DNA of 64,000 nucleotides from Candidatus Sulfotelmatobacter sp. (lineage in GTDB: Bacteria > Acidobacteriota > Terriglobia > Acidiferrales > UBA7541): contig DATKPS010000105.1 of assembly GCA_035524015.1 (NCBI GenBank), positions 11,680 to 75,679 of the forward strand. Direction: 5' to 3'. Both the position numbers and the translations under genes were made by a program. Below are positions 19,161 to 28,843 of this stretch, piece after piece (the stretch's first letter is position 1; each line of letters starts with the position of its first letter). The notes beneath the pieces are model-generated. The model was not told where the DNA came from. It worked only from the letters and a program-made list of their open reading frames with translations, and did not search any database.

Positions 19161-20357
19161 ATGAACGAAAACGCACCATCCAACACACCCATCGCATCGG
19201 CGCCTGCCTCTTACGGCCCTGCACCCGACTGGCTCCGTCAAATGGAGTCCATCCTCGAAACCCTCAATGAGGGTGTTCTCATCATCGACCTCCAACTGGG
19301 TGTGGTTTTCGCCAACGAAGCTTTGATTCGCTTGGGAGGTTACACGCTCGAGGAGATGCTCGGTCGTACCGCAGACTCCGTTTTTCCTCCAGAAGACCTG
19401 CCCTACCTTATGCGCCAGCGCGAAGCCAGTCTGCGCGAGGGTCATCATCGCCATGAGTTCTACTTCCCCCGCAAGGGCGGCGAGAAAGTTCCCGCAATCT
19501 TCAGCGGGCGCATCATTCATGGACCTGACGGAAAAGAGTATGTGCTCCTCGTTGTCACTGACATCAGCGCTCAGAAGCGCGTCGAGGAGCAATTGCGCGC
19601 CTCCAACGCCCGCCTTGAGAAACGCCAGTGCGAAATGGAAGCCGAACTCGCCCTCGCGGCTCGCGTGCAGCAATCCCTCGCGCCACGCAGCCTGGTCTGG
19701 AACGATGTTGCGGTCGAATCGTACTACAGCCCCGCTCGCTCCATTGGTGGCGATTTTGGCATTGTGTTCCCCCACAGCGACGACCTGCTCAGCCTTCTAG
19801 TCTGTGACGTGTCCGGGCATGGCATTAGTTCGGCCCTGGTGGCCAACCGCATTTACTCTGAAACCGTGCACGAACTGGAACGAAAGACCGAGCCCGGCAA
19901 GTTGCTCCGGCGTCTCCACAACTTCGTCAATAGCCGCATTGCCGCAGACGGTTTTTACTTCACCATGGCCGCGGGCCGCTTTCTCCAACGCGGTCGCCGC
20001 ATGACTTTCGCTGCCGCGGGGCACCCGCCCGCCATGCTGGTTTCCGACTCCAGCGTCCGCCGCCTGCGTTCGCAAAGTGGCATCCTCGGCGCGCTCCCCG
20101 ATGCCGTCCCCTCCGAGGCCACCTACGAAATCGACCTGACCTCCGGCGATCGTTTGGTTCTTTACACCGACGGGCTCACCGAGGTGTTCAACGCGCGTGA
20201 CGAAATGCTGGGCGTCGAAGGTCTGGAAGATTTGGTCCGCAACTCGGCAAAGAAATCACTTTCTGAAATGACCCAATCCATCGTCGACGGCGTCACTGCC
20301 TGGCGCTGCGGCCCGCTCGCCGATGATCTATCCCTCGTTATCGTCGAGCTGCGCTAG
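19161..20357 (+). CDS. PAS + SpoIIE/PP2C phosphatase (RsbU/RsbP-like)
   Basis: PAS, coiled coil, IGGDF, CDVSGHG, AGHPP, LYTDGLTE, DDLS. Confidence 0.92.
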   Translation: MNENAPSNTPIASAPASYGPAPDWLRQMESILETLNEGVLIIDLQLGVVFANEALIRLGGYTLEEMLGRTADSVFPPEDLPYLMRQREASLREGHHRHEFYFPRKGGEKVPAIFSGRIIHGPDGKEYVLLVVTDISAQKRVEEQLRASNARLEKRQCEMEAELALAARVQQSLAPRSLVWNDVAVESYYSPARSIGGDFGIVFPHSDDLLSLLVCDVSGHGISSALVANRIYSETVHELERKTEPGKLLRRLHNFVNSRIAADGFYFTMAAGRFLQRGRRMTFAAAGHPPAMLVSDSSVRRLRSQSGILGALPDAVPSEATYEIDLTSGDRLVLYTDGLTEVFNARDEMLGVEGLEDLVRNSAKKSLSEMTQSIVDGVTAWRCGPLADDLSLVIVELR

Positions 20358-20361
20358 AAGA

Positions 20362-20396
20362 TTTTGGGTGCCGCACCCCCTCGTGGCGAGGGAGCG
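20362..20396. repeat. REP-like hairpin (TTTTGGGTGCCGCA family), degenerate
   Basis: Shares 14-mer TTTTGGGTGCCGCA with 21309; imperfect hairpin follows. Confidence 0.5.
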
Positions 20397-20481
20397 AACA
20401 GAGCGTAGTGGGTCGCAACGGCGATCCTCTGCCCTGCGCGCGCAGCCTCAACCACCCGGGCAAACCATGCGCCACGCGCCG

Positions 20482-21171
20482 CTACGTCAGCACGTCCAGA
20501 ATGGACCCGGAACTTCCAGAGCCGCTCGTCCCCAGACTCTGCAGCAGCTGACTAATCGCCGTGGAGGAAGGTGAGTTCGAAGAGCTCGCGCCGAAGCTTT
20601 CGCTGGCCTGCTGCAGCGCGCTGGCTCCGGCCGAACTTGGCGAAATCGCCGCCAGCTGAGACAACGCGCTGCTTACTGTGGCGTTGTCGCCCACTTCCAT
20701 CGCCTGCAGAATCGCATGGATCAGCGTGGCACTGTTGTTGGGGCTTGGCGACGCCGCGCTCGCAGTACCAGAATCACTGCTCGATCCGTCGCTGCTGGCT
20801 GCAGGTGCACTGTTCAATGCTGTGGAATCCAGCGCAAGCATGTCTTGCTGTGCGGAAGTCAGGTCGCCGTTTTGCAGATCGGAGCCGAGCTGATTGAGTT
20901 CGCTGGTGAACGAACTGGCGTCGCTGGACGAGGAGGCGATGCTCGATAGCAAACTCGGCGTTATCCCGCTCGCCGAGGTATCTGCCGTCGAGGACCCCGT
21001 ACCATTCAGCGCATCTTCGGAAAGTGTGACGTAGTCCTGCTGCGCTGCCGAGAGGTTGCCACTCTGCAGGTCCTGGGCTAGCTGGTTCAGGTCACTGGTG
21101 AACTGGTTGGCAGTCGATGAGGATTCCGCAATCTGTGCAAGCAGGCTGCTAGTGATTCCGCTAGTAGACAC
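20482..21171 (-). CDS. Ser/Ala-rich hypothetical protein with duplicated helical repeat
   Basis: GTG start with AAGGGG RBS; FTSDLNQLAQDLQSGNLSAAQQDY / FTSELNQLGSDLQNGDLTSAQQDM; ends GSILDVLT. Confidence 0.8.
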   Translation of the reverse strand: MSTSGITSSLLAQIAESSSTANQFTSDLNQLAQDLQSGNLSAAQQDYVTLSEDALNGTGSSTADTSASGITPSLLSSIASSSSDASSFTSELNQLGSDLQNGDLTSAQQDMLALDSTALNSAPAASSDGSSSDSGTASAASPSPNNSATLIHAILQAMEVGDNATVSSALSQLAAISPSSAGASALQQASESFGASSSNSPSSTAISQLLQSLGTSGSGSSGSILDVLT

Positions 21172-21211
21172 GATGTACCCCTTTTCGGGCTCGGTGCACA
21201 CTACCCTTTCC

Positions 21212-21238
21212 CCATCGGCATTCGCGGCAAAAACTTTA
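21212..21238 (-). promoter_or_regulatory. Sigma28 (FliA) promoter
   Basis: TAAAGTTT-N11-GCCGATGG versus consensus TAAAGTTT-N11-GCCGATAA. Confidence 0.8.
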
Positions 21239-21308
21239 TTTGTTCGAATGACTAAACGCCTCAGTACTTTAGGCCAAGTGAAGGGGCCAGATTTGCTAGT
21301 AGAAACGG

Positions 21309-21483
21309 TTTTGGGTGCCGCATCCTTTGCGGTTTCTGCAAAGGGTGCGGATTTTCTCTTACCCGGTAGTGGGCCCGTGTAGCGGCCGCCTTCTGTAGCA
21401 CAGGCTTCAGCCTGTAAGCCCACAAAACTTTCCACCATTCCGAGTGGCACAGGCACTCCTGTTTACCCCGGTGGGGCTTGTGC
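21309..21483. repeat. Cluster of REP-like palindromes
   Basis: CCGCATCCTTTGC..GCAAAGGGTGCGG hairpin; TGTAGCACAGGCTTCAGCCTGT; GTGGCACAGGCACTCCTG (identical to 31927). Confidence 0.7.
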
Positions 21484-21582
21484 ATCCGCAACTGAGAGCA
21501 ACACTATCCGACCGTAGGCAGTCGCCTCACCAGGAAGTGCGTCAGGGCAATGGCTCAAATCGCAAGGCACTCGCGATCACGA

Positions 21583-22767
21583 TTACGCGCCCCAGGCGGG
21601 CACCACGTTCACCATATTCCAAATCAGTTGATCCAGCGCCGCGTCCATCTGCGCATGGGGTTCCGTTCGCGTGTTCGCCAACGCCGCCCAACACATCCGC
21701 GTGCTGGTACGCACCATGATCGACGTCGTTCCCGGCAAACTGCCGGTATGCCACCAATTGCCCTTTCCGTCCTGTCGCACGTTCCAACCGCGCGCGTACT
21801 TCACCGCAGAATTCTGCGGAAACGTCGGGCCGGGCGTTACCATCGATCGAATCGTCTCCGGCTTCAGCAAACTCGGATTGTCCGGGAACCCGCCCAAGTG
21901 ATTCAGAAACTGCACCAGGTCCGACGGCGTAGCAATCCATCCGCCGTGGGAATCCATGCGCGTCACGTTCATGTTGTAAGGATCTTCGCTGTACTGCCCG
22001 TAGTACACCACTTCGTTCGGGAACCGCTGGCCTTCTTTGTTTCGCCCGATGTGCATGCCCTGAATCCCGCAGGGCGCCAGAATATTGCTCTGCACGTATT
22101 CGTCGTACGGCTGTCCGGTCACCTGCTCAATGACGCGGCCCAACACGCAATACCCGAAATTCGAGTAGGCCCAGTGCTGCCCTGGCGGATACGTCAGCGG
22201 CAGATTCTCCAGCGTCCAGGAGATTAACTTCTGGTGATCCCAGGAATCGTGCTGGAACATGGGATCGCTGTTGTCGTTGGGCCAACCTCCGCAGGTATGC
22301 GTCAACAGATGATCGACTTCAATATCGGTGACGTACTGCTTGTACGGCGTCTTTCCGTATTTGGTCCCCAGCACTCCGGATGGCCCGAAGACTTTGTCAT
22401 TCAGATTCAATTTACCTTGCTCGAGCAAGCGGAAGATGGTGACGGATGTGATGGGCTTGCTAACGCTGGCGATCCGGAACAGGCTCGACTGTTCTGTTTG
22501 CATCGCTTTTTCGCGGTCCGCGATTCCGAACGGCCGGTCGTACACAAATTGCCCATTTCGCGCAATGGCCACGGAGAGCGCGGGTACCGAGAACGTCCTC
22601 TTGAATTCCGCGACCAGCCGGCCCATCTCTCCCCGTTCTCTGCCCGCAATCTGGTCGTCCCCCTGCTGTGCCCACAATTCAGCAGTTGCACAACTCGCCG
22701 CCATGCTCGCGGCCGCCGCGCCAAGCAAGCTTTGCATCATCGATCGCCGGGTCAGTTTTCCAGACAT
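21583..22767 (-). CDS. Tat-exported serine hydrolase (beta-lactamase/AmpC-like family)
   Basis: TRRSMM twin-arginine leader; SVSK, YSN, HTG motifs. Confidence 0.9.
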   Translation of the reverse strand: MSGKLTRRSMMQSLLGAAAASMAASCATAELWAQQGDDQIAGRERGEMGRLVAEFKRTFSVPALSVAIARNGQFVYDRPFGIADREKAMQTEQSSLFRIASVSKPITSVTIFRLLEQGKLNLNDKVFGPSGVLGTKYGKTPYKQYVTDIEVDHLLTHTCGGWPNDNSDPMFQHDSWDHQKLISWTLENLPLTYPPGQHWAYSNFGYCVLGRVIEQVTGQPYDEYVQSNILAPCGIQGMHIGRNKEGQRFPNEVVYYGQYSEDPYNMNVTRMDSHGGWIATPSDLVQFLNHLGGFPDNPSLLKPETIRSMVTPGPTFPQNSAVKYARGWNVRQDGKGNWWHTGSLPGTTSIMVRTSTRMCWAALANTRTEPHAQMDAALDQLIWNMVNVVPAWGA

Positions 22768-22817
22768 GCGTTCACCTTTGCACCGTGGAATCTGCGTTTC
22801 ACTTCTCCGGGAAACAG

Positions 22818-24806
22818 CTACTTCAGTTTCGCCACAATCACCGTCATGTCGTCTGCTTGCTCCGGCGTGCTGGCCCACTCTTCGGCCGCAGTCATCAACG
22901 ATTCCGCAATTTTGCGCGCCGCGGCCTGACGCACCCGCTGCGCCGCCGCTTCCAGGCGCGACACACCAAACTCTTCGCCGTAAGCATTTTCCGGCTCCAC
23001 CAGTCCGTCGCTGTAGGCAATCACCACCGCATTTGGCGGCACGTCCACGCACGCCTCTTTGTACACATAATCGTCCACAATCCCCAACACGATGCCGCCT
23101 ACATCCAGATGCTGCGCTTTGCCATCCGAAATACAAAATCCTGGCAAGTGCCCCGCATTTGTGTAGCGCAATTTGTGCGCGGCCAAGTCGTAAATGGCCA
23201 CGAAGAACGTCGCAAAACGGTCGTCCCCCGTATTGCGCACCAGGTGCTTGTTCAACCGCGACACCAGCTCCGCTGTCCCCATATTTTCGCTGCCCGAGGT
23301 CAGCAACTGGCTGCGCAGTGCGGCCTGCAGGCTGGCCATCAGCAGCGCTGCCGATATTCCTTTCCCCGAAATATCCGCAATCGCCAGCGCCACTTTCGTC
23401 GGACTCAGCTGAATGAAATCGTAATAATCGCCGCTTACGCTGCGCGCCGCCTTGCAGATCGCCTCAATCTCCACCCCTTCCACGCTGGGCAGATTTTCGG
23501 GAAACAGTTGATCCTGCACTTCTTGTGCAATGGAAATTTCGTTCTCCAGTCGTTGCAGATGTTTCTGTTCGGTGATCAACCCGCTGATCGAAGCGGTCAT
23601 GGAATTGAACGACTCGCCGAGCATCCCCAGCTGATCGCGGCGTTGCACTGGCACGCGCGCCGCCAGGTTCCCCTCTTGCACCGCCTGCGTGGCCTGCGAC
23701 AGGTCCGCTATCGTGCCGGTAATTGCGCGCGTCAGGCGCACCCCAATAACCAGCGCGGCCAGCTCAATCAGCAGGAACACTACGCCAATCAGTTGCAGCT
23801 CGAATTTTTTTGCCCCGCCCAATTCCCCCAACGACGCAAAAATGCGGTGATTCAGTTGCGACCGGCGCGCCTTGAAAAAGGCGAACACCGGATGATCCCG
23901 CCCGGCGACGCGGCCATCCACCAAATACGTAGCGTTCAGCTGCGAAAACCCATCGATCACCGGATCTAACCACGTTTGCGCCGGCATCAGCGGCCGGTTC
24001 AGCGTCTTCACCCGCATAATCGCGCGATAGTTCTTGTTCGCGATAGGTACTGCGGACTCGGAGTTCTTGTCCGCTGTTTGCCACAGCGTGACATCTACCG
24101 GTCCCAGGTCCGGCGCTAAACCTTCCAGAAATTCGCTGGTCACCGGCACACTCAGGTCAATGTACTGGCGCCCACGTGGGGAATCCGCTTGGCGCATGGC
24201 CACCAGCCACAGTTCCTTGCCATCTTGCACCAGCCCTTTAAACGACGCCCGCCCTGGACCCGCAATCGCACGGAAATAGCCCGGATCGCCTCCAAAATTC
24301 ACAACCAGTCCAGGCAGCTGGTTTTTCTCCTCCAGCAGCACCTGGCCCGCCAGCGCTTCATCGAGCGAGCTCTCCGTCATCGTGCTCGGTCTGCTGGACT
24401 CCGCCGCCGCGATTGCTTCTGCCGAGTTGCTCATCATCTCCAGCCGGTCCTCCACGTCGTGGAACAACAAATACGCGCCCAATTGCGAATAGATGATTTG
24501 CCCCAGCAGACTGGCGAAAATCAGCAGCAGAATCACCGGCACAACCGCGATAAACAGGTACGCCACAATCAGCCGGTTCCGCAGGCTCCACAACAGCTGG
24601 CTGCGCCAACGCGTCCAGAATCGGTAGAACAAATAACCGCCCGCGAGAACACCGATAAGCTGCACCACCCCGAGCCCCGGCATTCCATACAAATATTCCC
24701 GGTTCCACACCGCCAACAACCCCAGCAAACACACCAGCGCTGCCAGCCAGTCCATCGCGGACAGCTTTTTCCAAAATGCGTTTTGTTGATTTTCTCTACC
24801 GGCCAT
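22818..24806 (-). CDS. Membrane HAMP + SpoIIE/PP2C phosphatase
   Basis: TMs, periplasmic domain, HAMP (DQLGMLGESFNSM), SGDYYDF, ADISGKG, YSDGLVE, DDMT. Confidence 0.92.
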   Translation of the reverse strand: MAGRENQQNAFWKKLSAMDWLAALVCLLGLLAVWNREYLYGMPGLGVVQLIGVLAGGYLFYRFWTRWRSQLLWSLRNRLIVAYLFIAVVPVILLLIFASLLGQIIYSQLGAYLLFHDVEDRLEMMSNSAEAIAAAESSRPSTMTESSLDEALAGQVLLEEKNQLPGLVVNFGGDPGYFRAIAGPGRASFKGLVQDGKELWLVAMRQADSPRGRQYIDLSVPVTSEFLEGLAPDLGPVDVTLWQTADKNSESAVPIANKNYRAIMRVKTLNRPLMPAQTWLDPVIDGFSQLNATYLVDGRVAGRDHPVFAFFKARRSQLNHRIFASLGELGGAKKFELQLIGVVFLLIELAALVIGVRLTRAITGTIADLSQATQAVQEGNLAARVPVQRRDQLGMLGESFNSMTASISGLITEQKHLQRLENEISIAQEVQDQLFPENLPSVEGVEIEAICKAARSVSGDYYDFIQLSPTKVALAIADISGKGISAALLMASLQAALRSQLLTSGSENMGTAELVSRLNKHLVRNTGDDRFATFFVAIYDLAAHKLRYTNAGHLPGFCISDGKAQHLDVGGIVLGIVDDYVYKEACVDVPPNAVVIAYSDGLVEPENAYGEEFGVSRLEAAAQRVRQAAARKIAESLMTAAEEWASTPEQADDMTVIVAKLK

Positions 24807-24885
24807 AGCAGAAAGGTTACACGAACACTTTACCCGATTCGTGCAGGGGAGACGAGGCTTGCTTTCTTGTTTCGGAGCAGGTCGC

Positions 24886-26490
24886 TTATTTGTCGGCCGC
24901 CCGGAGTTCCGGGTTTCGCACCCGGCTATGATGGCGGCTGTAGCTGAAGTAAATAATCAGGCCGATGATCAGCCAACCGACCAGACGCACCCAGTTGATC
25001 CAGCCCAGCTTGTACATCATGTACCCGTTGAAAGCGATGCCCAGCACCGGCACAAAGGGCACCAGCGGCGTGCGGAAAGGCCTCGGCTGATTCGGATTCG
25101 TGCGGCGCAAAATCATCACCGCGATGCACACAATAATGAACGCCAGCAACGTGCCGATATTCACCATCTTTCCGATGTCATCGATGGGCGTAACACTGCC
25201 CACGACCGCCGCCAGCAGTCCTACCAGAATCGTGTTCTTGTACGGCGTGCGGAACTTGCTGTGAATGGCCGCAAAAAACTTGCGCGGCAACAGCCCGTCG
25301 TTGGCCATGGAATAAAGCACGCGAGTCTGCCCCAGCAGCATCACCAGCATGACGCTCGTCAATCCCGCCAAGGCCCCCAAGGTGATGATGTGCGAAGCGG
25401 TCAGCAATCCGCGATCGAGAAATGCTTCCGCGACCGGCGCTTCGATGTTCACATCCTGCCAGTGCACCATCCCGGTCAGCACTCCTGCCACCGCAATGTA
25501 CAGCACCGTGCAGACCAACAACGACGCGATGATCCCAATCGGCAAATCCCGCTGCGGATTCTTGGCTTCCTGCGCCGTCGTGGATACCGCATCAAAACCG
25601 ATATACGCAAAGAATATGTACGCCGCCCCAGCTCCAATCCCGCCAAAACCCATCGGCGCGAAAGAATGCCAGTCCGTGCCCCAGTTCGCGGTGTTGATAT
25701 AGTGCGCGCCCAGAGCTATTACAAAAAGCACGACCGCCACCTTAATTACCACGATGGTTGCGTTGAACCGCGCGCTCTCTTTAATTCCAATCACCAGAAT
25801 CGCGGTGATAATCAGTGCCACCAGGAACGCCGGCAGATTGAAGCCGATTTCCACGCCGAACAATCTGGGCGCATGCACCAGGTCGTGCGCTCGCTGCACC
25901 AGTTCCGGCGAGTGCGCTTTCATGATCGCGTCCGCCTTGTCCAGAAACTCCTGCGTTCCCACTAGCAGCGATGGGTCCGCCGCCTTCGCCATATCCCGCG
26001 CCACCATTTTTTCCGCCGTGGCTAACCCGGTCCAATGGTCGTACGCCAACCACAACGGCATACGCAGATGAAAAATATTCAGTAGTTCAATGAAGTGGTT
26101 CGACCAACCCGACGACACTGTGCTGGCGCCCATCGCGTATTCCAGCGTCAGGTCCCAGCCAATGATCCAGGCGAACAACTCGCCCAGCGTGGCGTACGCA
26201 TAGGTATAAGCGCTGCCCGCCAGCGGAATCATCGCGGCAAATTCCGCGTAGCACAGCGCGGCAAAGGCGCAACCCAAGCCCGAAATCACGAACGACAGCA
26301 TCAAGCCCGGCCCGGCGTAGTGCGCTCCCAGCCCGGAAAACACAAAAATGCCGGCCCCAATCACTGCGCCAACTCCCAGCGCCGTCAACTGGAAGGCTCC
26401 TAGTGTTTTCTTCAGGCTATGCTCGCCGGACTCTTTCGCTTCCGCGACCAACTGGTCCAGCGACTTCGTGGCAAAGAGCGGGTTGCGCAT
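24886..26490 (-). CDS. APC family amino acid permease (cationic amino acid transporter-like)
   Basis: GVGAVIGAGIF, CYAEFA, FFAYIGFDAV, EAKNPQRDLP. Confidence 0.93.
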   Translation of the reverse strand: MRNPLFATKSLDQLVAEAKESGEHSLKKTLGAFQLTALGVGAVIGAGIFVFSGLGAHYAGPGLMLSFVISGLGCAFAALCYAEFAAMIPLAGSAYTYAYATLGELFAWIIGWDLTLEYAMGASTVSSGWSNHFIELLNIFHLRMPLWLAYDHWTGLATAEKMVARDMAKAADPSLLVGTQEFLDKADAIMKAHSPELVQRAHDLVHAPRLFGVEIGFNLPAFLVALIITAILVIGIKESARFNATIVVIKVAVVLFVIALGAHYINTANWGTDWHSFAPMGFGGIGAGAAYIFFAYIGFDAVSTTAQEAKNPQRDLPIGIIASLLVCTVLYIAVAGVLTGMVHWQDVNIEAPVAEAFLDRGLLTASHIITLGALAGLTSVMLVMLLGQTRVLYSMANDGLLPRKFFAAIHSKFRTPYKNTILVGLLAAVVGSVTPIDDIGKMVNIGTLLAFIIVCIAVMILRRTNPNQPRPFRTPLVPFVPVLGIAFNGYMMYKLGWINWVRLVGWLIIGLIIYFSYSRHHSRVRNPELRAADK

Positions 26491-26556
26491 GCAACTCCTC
26501 CTCTGAACATCGCTCCATCTACAAACGGTACTGCGTCGATAAAAGAAAGATCCCTG

Positions 26557-28092
26557 TTATTGAGCAGCGGCACTATTCCGGCGCTTCCACAACCAGTAGA
26601 CTGGCACGCCGAGCAGCACGATGACCATGCCCATCCCTGCAGTCTGCGTCTCGTACAGCAGCAACACTCCCATGATTCCCGTGGCCGCCAAAATATACAA
26701 GGCCGGCACCACTGGATACCCGAATGCCTTGTACGGCCTGTCCGCGTTCGGCCGCCGCATGCGCAGCACGAAAATTCCCAGAATCGTCAAAACGTAAAAC
26801 AGCAGCGCCGCGAACACCACGTAATCCAGCAGATTGCTGTACAAATTTCCGTACGTGCCGTCCGCCTTGCGCGTGCGCAACAGGATTAGCACCACGATCC
26901 AGATCCCCTGATACAACAGCCCCACTCCCGGCACCCCGTGATCGTTCAATTTCCCGGTCGATTTGAAAAACAGGCCATCCTTCGCCATGGCGTATGCCAC
27001 GCGCGAGCCCGCCAGGATCAAACCGTTATTACAGCCGAAGGTGGAAATGATAATCGCTACAGCCATCATCGCCGCGCCTTTAGCCCCAAACGTGGCGGAA
27101 AGCGCCGCGGTGGCCACGCGATCGTCTGGCGCATTCTGAATCTGGCTCAGCGGCAACGCGAACAAGTACGCCAGATTCGCCAGACAGTACAAGGTGATCA
27201 CAATGATGGTGCCGAAAGCCATCGATAGCGCCACATCGCGTTTTGGATTTTTCACTTCCGCGGCAGTGAAGCCGATGTTGTTCCAGGCGTCGGCAGAAAA
27301 CAGCGAACCTACTTGTGCGACGGCGAGGGCTAATAGCAAACCGTACCAGCCGCTTCCGGCTGTTACTGTAGGCATGATTCCGCGTAGAAAGCCCAGCCCG
27401 GGCGAAATCAGGTTCGCCCCGCGAATCGCCCATAAGTGCGAGAAATTGTCGGCAATCGCCGTAACGTTGCGCGCCACGAAGATGCACAGAAAAATGATTC
27501 CCAGCAGCGAGAGCATCTTCGCCGACGTAAAAATGTTCTGGATCCACTTTCCCAGACGCACGCCGCGGGTATTCAGGAACGTGAGGAACACGATCATCGC
27601 CACAGCCACCGCCTGCTGCACCGACAGGCTGATCGCGAACCTTGACGAAAAGTTAAGCGGCGGAATGATCCAAGTCGTGGCCGAAACCGACGGAACCAAC
27701 ACCCCCAGATAGCGCGCAAACCCTATCGCCACCGCGGCAATCGTACCCGTCTGGATCACCAGGAACAGCGTCCAACCATAGAGAAAGCCCCACAGCGGCG
27801 AAAACGCCTCGCGCAAGTACACATATTGCCCGCCCGCATGTGGAAACAGCGCCGCCAATTCCCCATAGGAAAGCGCCGCGGCAATGGTCAGTAGGCCCGT
27901 AAGGATCCACGTCAGCAGCAGCCCACCGGGCGATCCCGTTTGCCGGCTGATGTCCGCGGCCACCAGAAAAATGCCCGACCCGATCATCGAGCCAACCACG
28001 ATCATGGTGCCGTCGAACAGACCGATAGCTCGTACAAAGTGATGTTCGCTGGTCTTCGCGGGTTGCGCTTGCACGCTGGTGGACTCTGGCAT
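26557..28092 (-). CDS. APC family amino acid permease (LAT/SteT-like)
   Basis: VGSMIGSGIF, AGGQYVYL, EVKNPKR, RPYKAFGYP. Confidence 0.93.
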   Translation of the reverse strand: MPESTSVQAQPAKTSEHHFVRAIGLFDGTMIVVGSMIGSGIFLVAADISRQTGSPGGLLLTWILTGLLTIAAALSYGELAALFPHAGGQYVYLREAFSPLWGFLYGWTLFLVIQTGTIAAVAIGFARYLGVLVPSVSATTWIIPPLNFSSRFAISLSVQQAVAVAMIVFLTFLNTRGVRLGKWIQNIFTSAKMLSLLGIIFLCIFVARNVTAIADNFSHLWAIRGANLISPGLGFLRGIMPTVTAGSGWYGLLLALAVAQVGSLFSADAWNNIGFTAAEVKNPKRDVALSMAFGTIIVITLYCLANLAYLFALPLSQIQNAPDDRVATAALSATFGAKGAAMMAVAIIISTFGCNNGLILAGSRVAYAMAKDGLFFKSTGKLNDHGVPGVGLLYQGIWIVVLILLRTRKADGTYGNLYSNLLDYVVFAALLFYVLTILGIFVLRMRRPNADRPYKAFGYPVVPALYILAATGIMGVLLLYETQTAGMGMVIVLLGVPVYWLWKRRNSAAAQ

Positions 28093-28104
28093 TCGCGGTC
28101 AGCC

Positions 28105-28749
28105 TCAGTGCTCCGCCGCGCGCTTCACGGCGTCCAGTCTCTCGAGGAATTGCCGGGCGCGTTGCCCAGGATCCCGTGCGCTCAGGATGTCGCTGATCAC
28201 CGCGACGGAGTCCGCGCCTGCTTGCATAACCTCGGCGGCTTGTTCCAAGCCGATGCCTCCTATCGCCACGATGGGTTTCTTCGTCAGCGGACGCAACTGG
28301 CGAATCATCTCCGTTCCCACCACCGGATCGGGATTCGCCTTACTGGTCGTACGGAAAATAGGTCCGATAGCAACATAATCCGCCGAAGTGGCCACCGCGC
28401 GCTCAAATTGCTCGCGATTGTGTGTCGAAACTCCTACCCGGCGCTCCGCCCCCATAATCCTTCGCGCTTGTTCCACTCCCAAATCGTCTTGCCCCACGTG
28501 GACTCCGTCCGCCCCCGCCAGGTACGCCAAGTCTGGCCGATCGTTCAGAAAGAAGGTTGCGCCTTCTGCGCGCGCCAATCCTGCCAGCCGCGTCGCCGTT
28601 TCCAGCATCTCCCGTGCCGCCACCGCTTTGGCACGATACTGCAGCAGACGCACCCCAGCGTCCATCAGTTGTCTAGCAATTTCCACAGCAGGACCGCGAA
28701 CCAACCCTGCGTCTAATATCACATAGAGTCTCGGGATAGAAAAGCTCAA
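28105..28749 (-). CDS. thiE: Thiamine phosphate synthase
   Basis: LLQYRAK, LNDR, DGVHVGQDD, GVSTH, GPIF.TTSK, VAIGGI. Confidence 0.95.
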   Translation of the reverse strand: MSFSIPRLYVILDAGLVRGPAVEIARQLMDAGVRLLQYRAKAVAAREMLETATRLAGLARAEGATFFLNDRPDLAYLAGADGVHVGQDDLGVEQARRIMGAERRVGVSTHNREQFERAVATSADYVAIGPIFRTTSKANPDPVVGTEMIRQLRPLTKKPIVAIGGIGLEQAAEVMQAGADSVAVISDILSARDPGQRARQFLERLDAVKRAAEH

Positions 28750-28843
28750 GAAAAGGCCCCTTTTTTTGGCTGTCCATCTTCAAGCTGTTTTCTGGACACC
28801 ATATCACGGACTCAACGGCCCAGTGTCGCGTTGACCAATAAAT

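Noticed and set aside
22668-23969. 433-aa + strand ORF and many similar long overlapping ORFs (e.g. 24841-25965, 37303-38310, 56883-57878)
   Set aside because: Antisense shadows of well-supported genes in GC-rich DNA; no recognisable motifs
28750-28843. TPP riboswitch upstream of thiE
   Set aside because: No CTGAGA or CCTGAT core elements found by eye
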